IMG/VR virus record: IMGVR_UViG_3300020034_000015
Span: 1-58,194 of that record
Reading direction: 5' to 3' (one strand)
DNA from: a virus
Taxonomy: Duplodnaviria > Caudoviricetes
Length of the DNA: 58,194 nt
In this document: piece after piece, positions 42,934 through 52,369 of the stretch
How positions within the stretch are numbered: the first letter of the stretch is position 1
How the letters are laid out: each line of letters opens with the position of its first letter
Translations under genes and position numbers: made by a program
The notes under the pieces: generated by a model
Databases searched by the model: none
What the model was told of the DNA's origin: nothing
Seen by the model: the letters and a program-made list of their open reading frames with translations, nothing else

Positions 42934-44488
42934 GAACACCGCGTGGCCGCCGACCGCCCCGGAGATCCGTACCGCCCTCGACGACTGGGCTGCCTGGTAC
43001 AGCAGCAACCCCGACAAGATCGCCGACCGGTACTACTGGCGATCCACCCGCATCGGCCAGTACGGGCAGCAGCCCGTCAACCGCCCCTCCCAGATGCGCG
43101 GCGGCCTCATCGGCCAGTTGGCCAGGTTCTTCTGGGGTGAGCCGGTCCCCTTCGGCGAGAAGCGCACCAAGCTCCACATCCCGCTGGCCGGAGACATCGC
43201 CCGCACGTCCGCCGACCTCCTGTTCTCCGAGCCCGCGACGCTCCTCGCCGACAACAAGGACACCCAGGAACGGCTGGAGGAGTTGCAGGAGACCGGCTTC
43301 AACCGGACGCTCCTCGCCGCGGGGGAAATCAGTGCAGCCCTCGGCGGGGTGTACCTGCGCACCGTGTGGGACGACGAGATCTCCGACCGGCCGTGGATCG
43401 ACGCCGTCCACGCCGACGCCGCCGCCCCGGAGTTCAAGCTCCAGACGCTGATGGCCGTGACGTTCTGGACGGTCATCGCCGCCGACGGCACGAAGGTCGT
43501 CCGGCACCTGGAGCGGCACGAGCGCGGCGGGGTCATCCTTCATGGCGTGTACGAGGGATCGGACGTCAACCTCGGCAAGCGCATCGACAGCTTCGACTCG
43601 TTCCCGGAGACGAAGGGTCTGATCGCCGAGCGGAAGGTCGACATCGGCCGGCTGATGACCGTGTCGTACATCCCGAACACGGTCACCGCCCGCGCGTGGC
43701 GGGACATCCCCGGCACCAAGGGCCTGGGCTTGTCGGACTATCAGGGCTCCGAGTCGCTGTTCGATGCTCTCGATGAGACGTACACGTCGTGGATGCGGGA
43801 CATCCGCCTCGGCAAGGGCCGCATCATCGTGCCGTCCGGGTTCCTCACCAACAACGGTGTGGGGCAGGGCATGACGTGGGAGGACCGTGAGGTCTTCGCG
43901 GGCATGAACATCCCGCCGACCGAGCAGGGCAACATGATCACCCTGAACCAGTTCAAGATCCGCAATGCGGAGCACAAGGCGACCGCTGAGGAGCTGATCC
44001 GGCAGATCATCCGCAACGCCGGGTACAGCACCGGCACGTTCGGGGATGACGCTGATGGTCGGGCGGTCACCGCGACGGAGATCAAAGCCAAAGAGGGCCG
44101 CTCCATGAGCACCCGGGCGCGGAAGGCTGAGATGTTCTCCGTGAGCATCCCCGACATCGTCGAGGCGCTCCTCGCCCTGGAGAACACCAGCCTCTTCCCC
44201 GGGCAGGGCGTCGAGATGGAACGGCCCACGGTGCGGTTCCAGGACTCCGTGCAGGACGACCCCCTGAACCTCGCGCAGACCGCGCTGGCGCTCCGGCAGG
44301 CCGAAGCCGCATCGACCGAGACCCTCGTGAAGCTCACCCAGCCAGACCTTGATACCGACGCTCAGGCCGCCGAGGTGGCCCGGATCCTCACCGAAGCCGG
44401 CCGCGCCGTGAACGACCCGACGACAACAGGGGGCGGCGGTGGCGGTTTCCCCGGCAACAGCGGAGGGCCTGGCCCAACCGGTCCATGA
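42917..44488 (+). CDS. Portal protein
   Basis: LHIPLAGDIARTSADLLFSE, GLSDY, LDETYTSWMRDIRLGK and TATEI; size and position fit. Confidence 0.9.
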   Translation: MPLPDKNTAWPPTAPEIRTALDDWAAWYSSNPDKIADRYYWRSTRIGQYGQQPVNRPSQMRGGLIGQLARFFWGEPVPFGEKRTKLHIPLAGDIARTSADLLFSEPATLLADNKDTQERLEELQETGFNRTLLAAGEISAALGGVYLRTVWDDEISDRPWIDAVHADAAAPEFKLQTLMAVTFWTVIAADGTKVVRHLERHERGGVILHGVYEGSDVNLGKRIDSFDSFPETKGLIAERKVDIGRLMTVSYIPNTVTARAWRDIPGTKGLGLSDYQGSESLFDALDETYTSWMRDIRLGKGRIIVPSGFLTNNGVGQGMTWEDREVFAGMNIPPTEQGNMITLNQFKIRNAEHKATAEELIRQIIRNAGYSTGTFGDDADGRAVTATEIKAKEGRSMSTRARKAEMFSVSIPDIVEALLALENTSLFPGQGVEMERPTVRFQDSVQDDPLNLAQTALALRQAEAASTETLVKLTQPDLDTDAQAAEVARILTEAGRAVNDPTTTGGGGGGFPGNSGGPGPTGP

Positions 44489-45542
44489 CCTCTACCAGGC
44501 CGCTGAGCTCGACCTCCTCGGCCACCTCGCCCGCATCATCGGGCAGGACATCGACTCACCTCGGTGGGCGGATCGGCGGATCCGGGCGAATGGGGACCTG
44601 CGGAGTGCCGCCGACGTGGTGTCGATGGCACTCCGCAGGGACACAACCCGGGCCGTAGACGCTGCTCTGCTGGAGGCGTACGACCGTGGCCGGCAGGCGG
44701 CCGTGACCGATCTGGGACACCTGGATGCCGCAGCCGCGCGCACCGTACAGGGCGCCGGCCGCAGCGATGAGGTGCCCCGTCAGCTCGCGGCCGCCGTCGA
44801 GCGCGACACCCGGCCGCTGTACCGGCGCATCGTCACCAGCGTGACCACCGCGTACCGGCAGATCGTTGACCGGGCGGCGGCCAGTGCCAACGCCCGCCGT
44901 GGTGTGGCGCAGCAGGCCCTCAACCACTTTGCGGGGCGCGGCATCACCGGGATGGTCGACCCGCGCGGGCGCGGCTGGTCGATGACCGCCTACGCCGACA
45001 TGGCCATGCGGTCGGCGACGGGGCGCGCGGTCGTCGACGGCGGGACCGACCTCCTCGCCGGTGTCGGCCTCGGCCTGATCATCGTGTCCAACAGCCCGCT
45101 GGAGTGCCCGCTGTGCCGCCCCTGGGAGTCCAAGGTCCTCACCCTGGACGCGTCGCCCGGTGCCCGCGTGGTGCAGGGTCGTCCGGCGGTCGGCTCCCCG
45201 GTGACCGTGCCCGTACGCGTCGCCGGGTCCCTCGAAGAGGCGCGCACTGCCGGTCTGTACCACGTCAACTGCCGTCACAGCCTGCGCCCGTTCCTCCCCG
45301 GTGTGACCCGGCCGGACCCGCCAGCACCAGGCCCGCCCGGGGTGACGTACGAGGACACGCAGGAGCAGCGGCGGTTGGAGCGGCAGTTGCGGGCCTGGCA
45401 GCGCCGCGAGGCCGTCGCCCTAGACGACCGCGCCCGGGGCGATGCTGCGGCGAGTGTCCGCGCCACCCAGGGCCGCCTGGCCGGCCTGACCGCGAGCACG
45501 GGCCTGCGCAGGCAGCGCGCCCGCGAGCGCACCACCCTCTGA
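44439..45542 (+). CDS. Minor capsid protein (phage minor capsid 2 / MuF-like)
   Basis: GITGMVDPRGRGW...YADMAMRS, CPLCRPWE, GLYHVNCRHSL and QRRLERQLRAW. Confidence 0.85.
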   Translation: MAVSPATAEGLAQPVHDLYQAAELDLLGHLARIIGQDIDSPRWADRRIRANGDLRSAADVVSMALRRDTTRAVDAALLEAYDRGRQAAVTDLGHLDAAAARTVQGAGRSDEVPRQLAAAVERDTRPLYRRIVTSVTTAYRQIVDRAAASANARRGVAQQALNHFAGRGITGMVDPRGRGWSMTAYADMAMRSATGRAVVDGGTDLLAGVGLGLIIVSNSPLECPLCRPWESKVLTLDASPGARVVQGRPAVGSPVTVPVRVAGSLEEARTAGLYHVNCRHSLRPFLPGVTRPDPPAPGPPGVTYEDTQEQRRLERQLRAWQRREAVALDDRARGDAAASVRATQGRLAGLTASTGLRRQRARERTTL

Positions 45543-45553
45543 TCGGAGACCTC

Positions 45554-45712
45554 ATGGCCATGGCACCGAAGTCCGGGCGCTTCCAGAAGCTCGCCGCGCA
45601 GCTCGCTGCGAAGGGCGCCGACGACCCCAAGGGCCTCGCCGCCGTCATCGGCCGGAAGAAGCTTGGCAAGGCGAAGTTCCAGAAGCTCGCCGCCGCCGGC
45701 AAGAAGGACTGA
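45554..45712 (+). CDS. Tiny Lys/Ala-rich basic protein (52 aa)
   Basis: GGAG RBS; MAMAPKSGRFQKLAAQLAAKGADDPKGLAAVIGRKKLGKAKFQKLAAAGKKD. Confidence 0.65.
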   Translation: MAMAPKSGRFQKLAAQLAAKGADDPKGLAAVIGRKKLGKAKFQKLAAAGKKD

Positions 45713-45723
45713 CCCCACAGCTT

Positions 45724-45860
45724 CGGCCCGCCAGGCAGCGGGCCGGGAACCACAGGGTGCGCCTGGTGCGCGCCCAATGCACCACCCCACGTTGCGGTCC
45801 GCCAGGAGCGGGCCACCCATCGCCCCGCCAGGTGCGGGCTGATCCATGCCCTGGAGGGCA
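45724..45860 (+). promoter_or_regulatory. Array of five C(A/T)GG-loop hairpins in the scaffold leader
   Basis: Stems at 45724, 45755, 45796, 45824 and 45847; the last contains the GGAGG RBS. Confidence 0.7.
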
Positions 45861-45862
45861 CC

Positions 45863-46669
45863 ATGCGCAAGAAGACCCTGCCCCGCGGTCTCGCGGGCAC
45901 CGGCTGGTCACACCCCTACGGCAACGCCCCTTTCTCCCCGTTCCTCTACGCGGACGGAGGGGACGGCGACGGCTCCGGATCCGGCAGCGGAGACGAGGGC
46001 GCGGGTGACGGCGGCACCGGAGACGGTGACGGAACAGGTGATGGTGCTGGAGCCGGCGGGACCGGCGACGAAGGCACCGGCAAGGGCGACGGCGCAGGCA
46101 AGGGCGCTGCGGGTAAGGGCGGCGATCCGGCTGCGGAGGTCGCACGGCTCAACAAGGAGCTCGCCGACGTCCGTAAGGAAGCCGGTAAGGACCGCACCGC
46201 AGCGAAGCAGGCAGCGGCAGACGAGGCCGTGAAGGCGCTCACCGAGAAGTTGGGTAAGGCGCTGGGTCTGGTCAAGGACGACGACACCACCGAGACGGAC
46301 CCGGCGAAGCTCCTGGCCAAGTTGCAGGAGTCCCAGGGGCAGATCACCGCGGCGCAGCAGGACGCGGTGGACGCGCAGATCGAGGCGACTGTCGTACGGA
46401 CTGCGTACGCCATGGGCGTCGACGGCGACCGGCTGCTCGACTCCCGGGCGTTCTGCGACGACGTCGACAGCCTCGACCCGGCCGACCCCGCGAAGTTCAA
46501 GACGGCCCTGAAGGCCCTCATCAAGGCATCCGCGGAGAAGAACACCGCGCTGCGCACCCAGACCGCCGGCCGGTCCGGCGGGGACATGGGCGGTGGCTCG
46601 CGCGAGGACGGCGCACGCAAGCGTCCCACCAGCATCGGCACCGCTATCAAGAGCACCTACAACACCTGA
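45863..46669 (+). CDS. Capsid scaffolding protein
   Basis: Gly/Asp-rich N-terminus, coiled coil, LLDSRAF; lies before the major capsid gene. Confidence 0.85.
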   Translation: MRKKTLPRGLAGTGWSHPYGNAPFSPFLYADGGDGDGSGSGSGDEGAGDGGTGDGDGTGDGAGAGGTGDEGTGKGDGAGKGAAGKGGDPAAEVARLNKELADVRKEAGKDRTAAKQAAADEAVKALTEKLGKALGLVKDDDTTETDPAKLLAKLQESQGQITAAQQDAVDAQIEATVVRTAYAMGVDGDRLLDSRAFCDDVDSLDPADPAKFKTALKALIKASAEKNTALRTQTAGRSGGDMGGGSREDGARKRPTSIGTAIKSTYNT

Positions 46670-46685
46670 GACATAGGAGGGCACC

Positions 46686-47750
46686 GTGCCCGTCACCCTT
46701 GCCCAGGCGCAGGTCAACGTCCAGTCGGACATCGACTACGCCGTCATCGACAACCTGCGCCGCTACTCGTGGCTGCTCGACCAGATCGCGTTCGACGACA
46801 CCGTCAACCCGGGCACCGGTGGCGGCACCCTCACCTACGGCTACACCCGGCTGACGGCCGCCAGGCCGGCGCAGTTCCGGCAGTTCAACCAGGAGTACAC
46901 CGCGTCGCAGGCGACTCGGGCGCGCTTCACGGTGGACCTGAAGCCGCTCGGCGGGTCATTCAACATCGACCGTGTCCTGGCCAAGCTCGGATCCGCAGCC
47001 AGCAACGAGATCGAGTTCCAGTCGCAGCAGCTCCTCACGTCCATCCGGACGAAGTTTCAGGAGCAGCTCATCCTCGGCGACAACGCGACGGACGACGGCT
47101 TCGACGGCCTCGACAAGTCCCTGACCGGCACCGTCACCGAGTTCCTGCCGATCAACCAGGGCATCACCGCCGGGTACCTCGACTGGACCCCGGGCGCGAT
47201 CATCACGCAGGCCCTGGCGATGGCGGCCCTGGACCAGCTCGACAACTTCCTGTCCACGATCGTCCCGTCGCACACCGGCGGCGGCGACCAGGGCACCCCG
47301 GGCGCTCTGCCGCCGGGCGTGAAGGCCATCATCGGCAACACCCAGTCGATCACCCGCGTGCGGGCGCTCGCCCGGTGGGCTGCGATGTACACCGCCACCG
47401 AGGACAGCCTCGGCCGGAAGATCGAGTCTTATGGTCAGTGGGTCCTCGTCGACATCGGCGACACCTCCACCGGAGTCGGCCCGATCATCCCCGTCCAGTC
47501 CCGCGACGCGGACGGTGCGGGCGGCGGCGGCCTCATCACCGGACTCACCGACCTGTACGCCGTGTCCTTCGGCATGGACGCCCTGCACGGTGCGTCGCTC
47601 GCCGGGCAGGCCCTCGTCAACACCTACATGCCCGACTTCAGCCTCCCCGGCGCGGTCAAGACCGGCGAGATCGAAATGGGCCCCGTCGCCGGAGTCATCC
47701 GCAACACCAAGGCGTGCGGTGTGATGCGGAACCTGAAGGTGACCGGCTGA
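46686..47750 (+). CDS. Major capsid protein
   Basis: AGGAGG RBS; MPVTLAQA..., LKPLGGSFNIDRV, FDGLDK and VKTGEIEM. Confidence 0.9.
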   Translation: MPVTLAQAQVNVQSDIDYAVIDNLRRYSWLLDQIAFDDTVNPGTGGGTLTYGYTRLTAARPAQFRQFNQEYTASQATRARFTVDLKPLGGSFNIDRVLAKLGSAASNEIEFQSQQLLTSIRTKFQEQLILGDNATDDGFDGLDKSLTGTVTEFLPINQGITAGYLDWTPGAIITQALAMAALDQLDNFLSTIVPSHTGGGDQGTPGALPPGVKAIIGNTQSITRVRALARWAAMYTATEDSLGRKIESYGQWVLVDIGDTSTGVGPIIPVQSRDADGAGGGGLITGLTDLYAVSFGMDALHGASLAGQALVNTYMPDFSLPGAVKTGEIEMGPVAGVIRNTKACGVMRNLKVTG

Positions 47751-48145
47751 TGGCCAGGTTCGAAGTGCGGGCCCCGCTGCCGCAGTTCACCGGCAACGTC
47801 GTCGGCGTCGATTTCGTGGCGGGTATCGCCGAGGTCGACACCGACAACGACGCCGGCCGGTCCGCGTACGCCTACTTCGAGCGCGCCGGATACCGGCTGT
47901 CGCCCGTCCAGGCCGAGCCGGAGCCGAGCAGCACCCCCGAAGACGACGGCCCGTTCGACCCGTCCGAGCACAAGGCCGACGAAGTGCTGGCCTTCCTCGA
48001 CTCCGCTTCCTACGAGGTCGCCGTCCGTGTCCTGGAGAACGAGACCGCGGGCAAGAACCGCGTCACGATCACCGGCAAGCGCGACGAGATCCTCGCCGAC
48101 AAGACCCCGGCCCCGGCCGACGACCAGGAAGGACCGCAGGCATGA
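47750..48145 (+). CDS. Head-associated hypothetical protein
   Basis: TGATG coupling to the capsid gene; VGVDFVAG...YFERAGY. Confidence 0.7.
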   Translation: MARFEVRAPLPQFTGNVVGVDFVAGIAEVDTDNDAGRSAYAYFERAGYRLSPVQAEPEPSSTPEDDGPFDPSEHKADEVLAFLDSASYEVAVRVLENETAGKNRVTITGKRDEILADKTPAPADDQEGPQA

Positions 48146-48708
48146 CCGTCCTCGGAGCGTTCCGCGGGAACCCCCGCGACGAACTCGGTTACATGAACAG
48201 CGCAGGCCGACCCGACCCGACACAGGTCTTCCACCGGGCGAACCTGCCCCGGACCGGCCTCGACGACGTCGCCGCCCTCGCCACCGGCGTCATGACGTCC
48301 GTGCCGATCTACCTCGTCGCCGGTGACCTGATCACCAACCTCACGTTCATCTCGGCCGGGACCGCGGCTGGCACCCCGACGAACTACTTCGCGGCGCTCT
48401 ACAGCCCCGCGGGGGCGCTGCTGTCGCAGTCCGCGGACAAGACCAGCACCGCCTGGGCCGCCGACACCGCGGTGGTGTTCGCGCTGGGCACCGCGCAGCG
48501 CATCACCCGCTCGGGCCTGTACTACGCGGCACTGTCCGTGACCGCGACGACGCCCCCGACACTGATCGGCTGCCGGTCGCAGAAGGCCGTCCTCACCGGC
48601 GAGGTCAACCTGTCCCAGTCGTCCGGGACCGGCCTGACCGCAACGGCCCCGGCGACCATCGCGACCCCGACGTTCAAGGCGGCCACGCCCCTCGTCCTGG
48701 CAACCTGA
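48142..48708 (+). CDS. Putative virion structural / decoration protein
   Basis: ATGA coupling; Thr/Ala/Gly-rich, beta-like. Confidence 0.65.
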   Translation: MTVLGAFRGNPRDELGYMNSAGRPDPTQVFHRANLPRTGLDDVAALATGVMTSVPIYLVAGDLITNLTFISAGTAAGTPTNYFAALYSPAGALLSQSADKTSTAWAADTAVVFALGTAQRITRSGLYYAALSVTATTPPTLIGCRSQKAVLTGEVNLSQSSGTGLTATAPATIATPTFKAATPLVLAT

Positions 48709-48722
48709 TCGGGGTCTGACAC

Positions 48723-49058
48723 ATGGCACGCACCGCACTCAACCCGCAGCGCCTCGGGCCTCACGGGGTCCTGGCGACCTATGTCACACCGGATGCGGCG
48801 GGCGTATCGTTCCGCAGCTCCGGCAAGCAGTTCGTCCACGTCAAGAACGGCTCGGCGGCGTCGATCACGATCACCGAGAAGATCGGCCGGACCGTCCAGG
48901 GCCAGGCCGTGACCGCGCCCACCGCGACGATCGCGGCCGGGGCAGAGAAGTTCTTCGGCCCATACCCGGACGACTACGAGCAGCCGGACGGCACCGAGAA
49001 CGTCTACCTGGACATCTCGGCCGTCACCACGGTCACCGTGGCGTGCCTGTCGCTGTGA
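48723..49058 (+). CDS. Putative virion structural protein
   Basis: VHVKNGSAASITIT...FFGPYP; position in the head module. Confidence 0.65.
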   Translation: MARTALNPQRLGPHGVLATYVTPDAAGVSFRSSGKQFVHVKNGSAASITITEKIGRTVQGQAVTAPTATIAAGAEKFFGPYPDDYEQPDGTENVYLDISAVTTVTVACLSL

Positions 49059-49086
49059 CCTCCGGGTCGGGAAGGAGGCGCACCCG

Positions 49087-49485
49087 ATGAGGATCTACGC
49101 CACCGTCGAGGAGTTCGCGGACTTCCTCGACCCGGACCCGGTCCCCGCGAACGCGGCGCGCCTCCTGAAGAACGCGTCGCGGCGGCTCGACGTGCTGCTC
49201 CTCGGCGCCCGCTACGACACGGACACCGACGGCATGCCGACCGCCGCCAACTTGGTGGACCTGCTCCGGGAGGGCGTGTGCCTCCAGGCGCAGTACATCG
49301 CTGACCTGGATGACGAGACCGGGGCCAACGCCAACATCAGCACCCAGACGGTCGGCAGCGTCACTGTCACCAGGGCGCTGTCCCTCGTGGGTGGCGGCAC
49401 GCCCCGCGACTCTCCGGAGCTGCTGGACCTGCTCCGCACGTCGGGACTCGTGCCGGCCTACCCATCAACCGCCTGCAATTGGTAA
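49087..49485 (+). CDS. Head-to-tail adaptor
   Basis: YATVEE...LLKNASRRLD...VCLQAQY...VGSVTV; AGGAGG RBS. Confidence 0.75.
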   Translation: MRIYATVEEFADFLDPDPVPANAARLLKNASRRLDVLLLGARYDTDTDGMPTAANLVDLLREGVCLQAQYIADLDDETGANANISTQTVGSVTVTRALSLVGGGTPRDSPELLDLLRTSGLVPAYPSTACNW

Positions 49486-49488
49486 CCG

Positions 49489-49821
49489 ATGCTTCCTCTC
49501 ACCACGGACACCGTGACGGTCGTCCACGCCAACCTGGTCGCGGACGCGTACAACAACCTGGCCCCGGACTGGCCCAACGCGACCCGTACCGCGGTGCGCG
49601 CTGTGGTCGACGGTGCGACCACCTCCGAGTCCACCGACGGGAAGGACCAGACGACGACCGTGTACCGCTGCTACCTGCCGCCGGGCACCGCGATCACCGC
49701 GCAGGACCGCATGGAGGTCCGCGGGATGGTCCTGGAGGTCGACGGCGAACCGGTCCCGAGAACCGGGCCCACAGCGGCTCTGGCGCACATCGAGGTCATG
49801 GGGAGGCTGGTGTCGGGATGA
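49489..49821 (+). CDS. Head-to-tail stopper
   Basis: DAYNN..PDW, ITAQDRMEVRG..LEVDGEP, HIEV. Confidence 0.75.
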   Translation: MLPLTTDTVTVVHANLVADAYNNLAPDWPNATRTAVRAVVDGATTSESTDGKDQTTTVYRCYLPPGTAITAQDRMEVRGMVLEVDGEPVPRTGPTAALAHIEVMGRLVSG

Positions 49822-50120
49822 GCCTGGTCAACATCGAAGTCGACGAGGCCGCGATCCAGGCGCTGGCCGCCACGCCCGCGGTGAAGCGGGACATGCGCGC
49901 CCGCGGCCGGCGCGTCGTCCAGTCCGCGAAGGACACCGCACCGGTGGACACCGGCGAGTACCGGGACTCCATCCACCTGGAGGACGGCCCCGGCGACAGC
50001 GAGGTCCTCATCGTGGCCAGCGCCGGCCACTCGATCTACGTCGAGCACGGCACCCGAGTGCCCGGTCACCCCGCGCACAACACCCTGAACAACGCCCTCG
50101 ACGCGGCAGGAGGCCCATGA
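49818..50120 (+). CDS. HK97 gp10-like tail completion protein
   Basis: APVDTGEYRDSI...YVEHGT; GGAGG RBS. Confidence 0.8.
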   Translation: MSLVNIEVDEAAIQALAATPAVKRDMRARGRRVVQSAKDTAPVDTGEYRDSIHLEDGPGDSEVLIVASAGHSIYVEHGTRVPGHPAHNTLNNALDAAGGP

Positions 50121-50344
50121 TGCGGTTCCGACTCTCCTTCTGGATGAAGGACCCCGCCGGCGGGCCCGGCGATGTCGTAGAAGTGCCCGACTTCCGGGTC
50201 CCCGCGCTCGTGCGGGCGGGCATCGGCCACCCGGAGGACAGCGACGCGCCCCCCGCTGACGGCCCGGCGGACACTCCCAGCCAGGAGCCGCCCACGTCGG
50301 CTGCCGTGCCCAGGAAGACCGCGAAGGCCACGAAGACCGACTGA
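50117..50344 (+). CDS. Small hypothetical protein
   Basis: AGGAGG RBS; PGDVVEVPD...ALVRAGIG. Confidence 0.6.
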   Translation: MMRFRLSFWMKDPAGGPGDVVEVPDFRVPALVRAGIGHPEDSDAPPADGPADTPSQEPPTSAAVPRKTAKATKTD

Positions 50345-50360
50345 CCGACGGGAGCACACC

Positions 50361-50771
50361 GTGGCGCTCCCCGACATCGAGGCCCTCATCGTCCAGTACC
50401 TGACCGACACCGTGGACGGGCTGTACGTGTGCACCGTCCGGCCGGCCGCAGGTGAGTTCATCCCCCGGCTGCCGCTGGCGCAGATCACCCGCGTCGGTGG
50501 ACCCCGCACGATCCCCACGTGGAACGGCCGGTACACCGCAGAGGACGCCCGGGTCAGCGTGGATGTCTTCGCCGACTCCCGTGAGGGCGCCAACACCACT
50601 GTCGGCGCGGTCCGGTTGGCGCTGGAGGACCTCAAGGGCGCGGTGACGGAGGAGGGGACGGTCTCCCGGACGTGGGAGGAGACCGGTCCTACCGCCCGGC
50701 CCGAAGAGCCGAATACGGGTGTCGTCCGCACCGGGTGGATCGCGGGTCTGACGGTCCGCGGCTCCGCCTGA
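50361..50771 (+). CDS. Tail terminator
   Basis: PDIEALIVQYL...ITRVGGP...VSVDVFA; lies before the major tail gene. Confidence 0.8.
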   Translation: MALPDIEALIVQYLTDTVDGLYVCTVRPAAGEFIPRLPLAQITRVGGPRTIPTWNGRYTAEDARVSVDVFADSREGANTTVGAVRLALEDLKGAVTEEGTVSRTWEETGPTARPEEPNTGVVRTGWIAGLTVRGSA

Positions 50772-50835
50772 CTACTTCGCCCGGCTGCCGGGCTCCATCC
50801 GGCCCCGCGTGGGCCACCACATGAGGAGTACAACC

Positions 50836-51405
50836 ATGGCCATCGAGCCTGTGATGCTCGGTGTGGGCGGATTCGCGTACATCGCGGCCGTCGGCGCCAC
50901 CGCCCCTGTCGACCCGTTCGCCTCCTGGGGCGCCGAGTGGACCAACCTCGGCGACGTATCGGATGACGGTCTCGCCGAGGCACTCGGAGAGGACCGCACC
51001 CAGATCATGAAGTGGGGGTCGAACACCCCCACCCGCAGCCAGGTCAAGCAGCGCACCAGCACCTACAAGGCCGTGCTGATCAACATCACCGCGCAGGCGC
51101 TGGGCCTGTACTACTCGGTGCCCATCGCGGACATGACCTCCTCGGGCAGCGGGGGCACGCAGTTCATCTCCTTCAGCGACCCGAGCACCACCGACCCGTA
51201 CGAGGTCGCGCTCGGTTTCGACGTCCTCGACGGCGACCGGCACTGCCGCTTCGTGATCGCCCGAGCGGAGGCCACCGCGAAGGGCGACCTCACGTACAAG
51301 GCGGACGTCCCGGTCGGCTTCGACCTGACGTTCACCGCGCTCACCGCGCCCGGCGGCGCGGCGGCGATCCAGCGGATGTACGGAGCCGTGGCTCTTCCGG
51401 CCTGA
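50836..51405 (+). CDS. Major tail protein
   Basis: AAVGATAP...LGDVSDDG...DVLDGDRHCRFVI...FDLTFTA; GAGGAG RBS. Confidence 0.85.
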   Translation: MAIEPVMLGVGGFAYIAAVGATAPVDPFASWGAEWTNLGDVSDDGLAEALGEDRTQIMKWGSNTPTRSQVKQRTSTYKAVLINITAQALGLYYSVPIADMTSSGSGGTQFISFSDPSTTDPYEVALGFDVLDGDRHCRFVIARAEATAKGDLTYKADVPVGFDLTFTALTAPGGAAAIQRMYGAVALPA

Positions 51406-51505
51406 TCCGCCACCGATCGGCGGCCGGGGAGTACGTGGGTCCTCTCCGGCCGCTCAGCACGCCTTCATCCGATCCACGAGCCCCACAAGACCCACGAGGA
51501 GACCC

Positions 51506-51877
51506 ATGTCCAAGACCGGAGCACCCCGCAAGGCGTTCAACCTCAACGCCCTGCGTGCCCAGCAGGCCGATGCCCGCGGCGACAAGTACGTGGAGTTCGA
51601 GATCACCCCCGACGGCTCCGCGGACGTCCTGACCTTCCGCTTCCTGCGCCGCACCTGGTGGCCGGTGAAGTTCCTCCTGGCCATCGACCACCTCGACGGC
51701 GACGTCGCCATCCTCCGCGAGCTGATGGGCGAGGACCAGTTCGACCGGCTCATCGAGGCCGGACTGGACTTCACCGACATGAAGGCGATCTTCAAGGAGG
51801 TCATGGGCGTCGATGCCGACGCGGACGACGACGAGGGCGCGAGCCTGGGGGAATCCTCTGGCTCCTCGGAGTCCTGA
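51506..51877 (+). CDS. Tail assembly chaperone (G)
   Basis: Between the major tail and tape measure genes; ends LGESSGSSES. Confidence 0.8.
   Translation: MSKTGAPRKAFNLNALRAQQADARGDKYVEFEITPDGSADVLTFRFLRRTWWPVKFLLAIDHLDGDVAILRELMGEDQFDRLIEAGLDFTDMKAIFKEVMGVDADADDDEGASLGESSGSSES
51847..51853 (+). other. -1 programmed frameshift site G GGG GAA
   Basis: In frame near the end of G; the -1 frame is open to 52353. Confidence 0.7.
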
Positions 51878-52353
51878 CCGAGCACCCCCGCAAGGTCCAC
51901 GCCGACATCGCCCGGTACTACCCCGGCAGGTCGCTCGCCGAGTTCCACGCCAACGAGTGGGGCCAGGGCAGCATGAGCTGGCTCGAACTCCTCTGCTTCG
52001 TAGAGGGGCTCCCCGAGGACTCCGCGACCAAAGCCGCCCTGGCCGGTGACACCGAGGGCCGCCGCTGGACGCAGGCGGACTGGCTGGCGGCGTACCAGGC
52101 CAACCTGCTCCAGATCCTCATCCGCATCCAGTGGGCCGGTCACGGCATCAAGGGCACCCCGGACCTCCATCCGGTCGAGGTGCCCGTCCTGGACATTCCT
52201 CCGAGCGACGAGGACATCAGCCGGATGGAGCGCCGGGAGCAGCAACTCCAGGCCCTCTCCCGGCTGCGGCCGGTAGAAGCCATCCCCGGCCGGGATGAAC
52301 TGGCCGCGCTCGACGCGTCCCTCAAGTCCCGCAGGGGCTCCGTGAACTCGTGA
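51850..52353 (+). CDS. Tail assembly chaperone frameshift extension (T)
   Basis: ...LWLLGVLTEHPRKVHADIARYY...LPEDSAT...WTQADWLAA; no RBS of its own. Confidence 0.7.
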   Translation, partial: GILWLLGVLTEHPRKVHADIARYYPGRSLAEFHANEWGQGSMSWLELLCFVEGLPEDSATKAALAGDTEGRRWTQADWLAAYQANLLQILIRIQWAGHGIKGTPDLHPVEVPVLDIPPSDEDISRMERREQQLQALSRLRPVEAIPGRDELAALDASLKSRRGSVNS

Positions 52354-52369
52354 CGAGGGGGTCAAGCCT

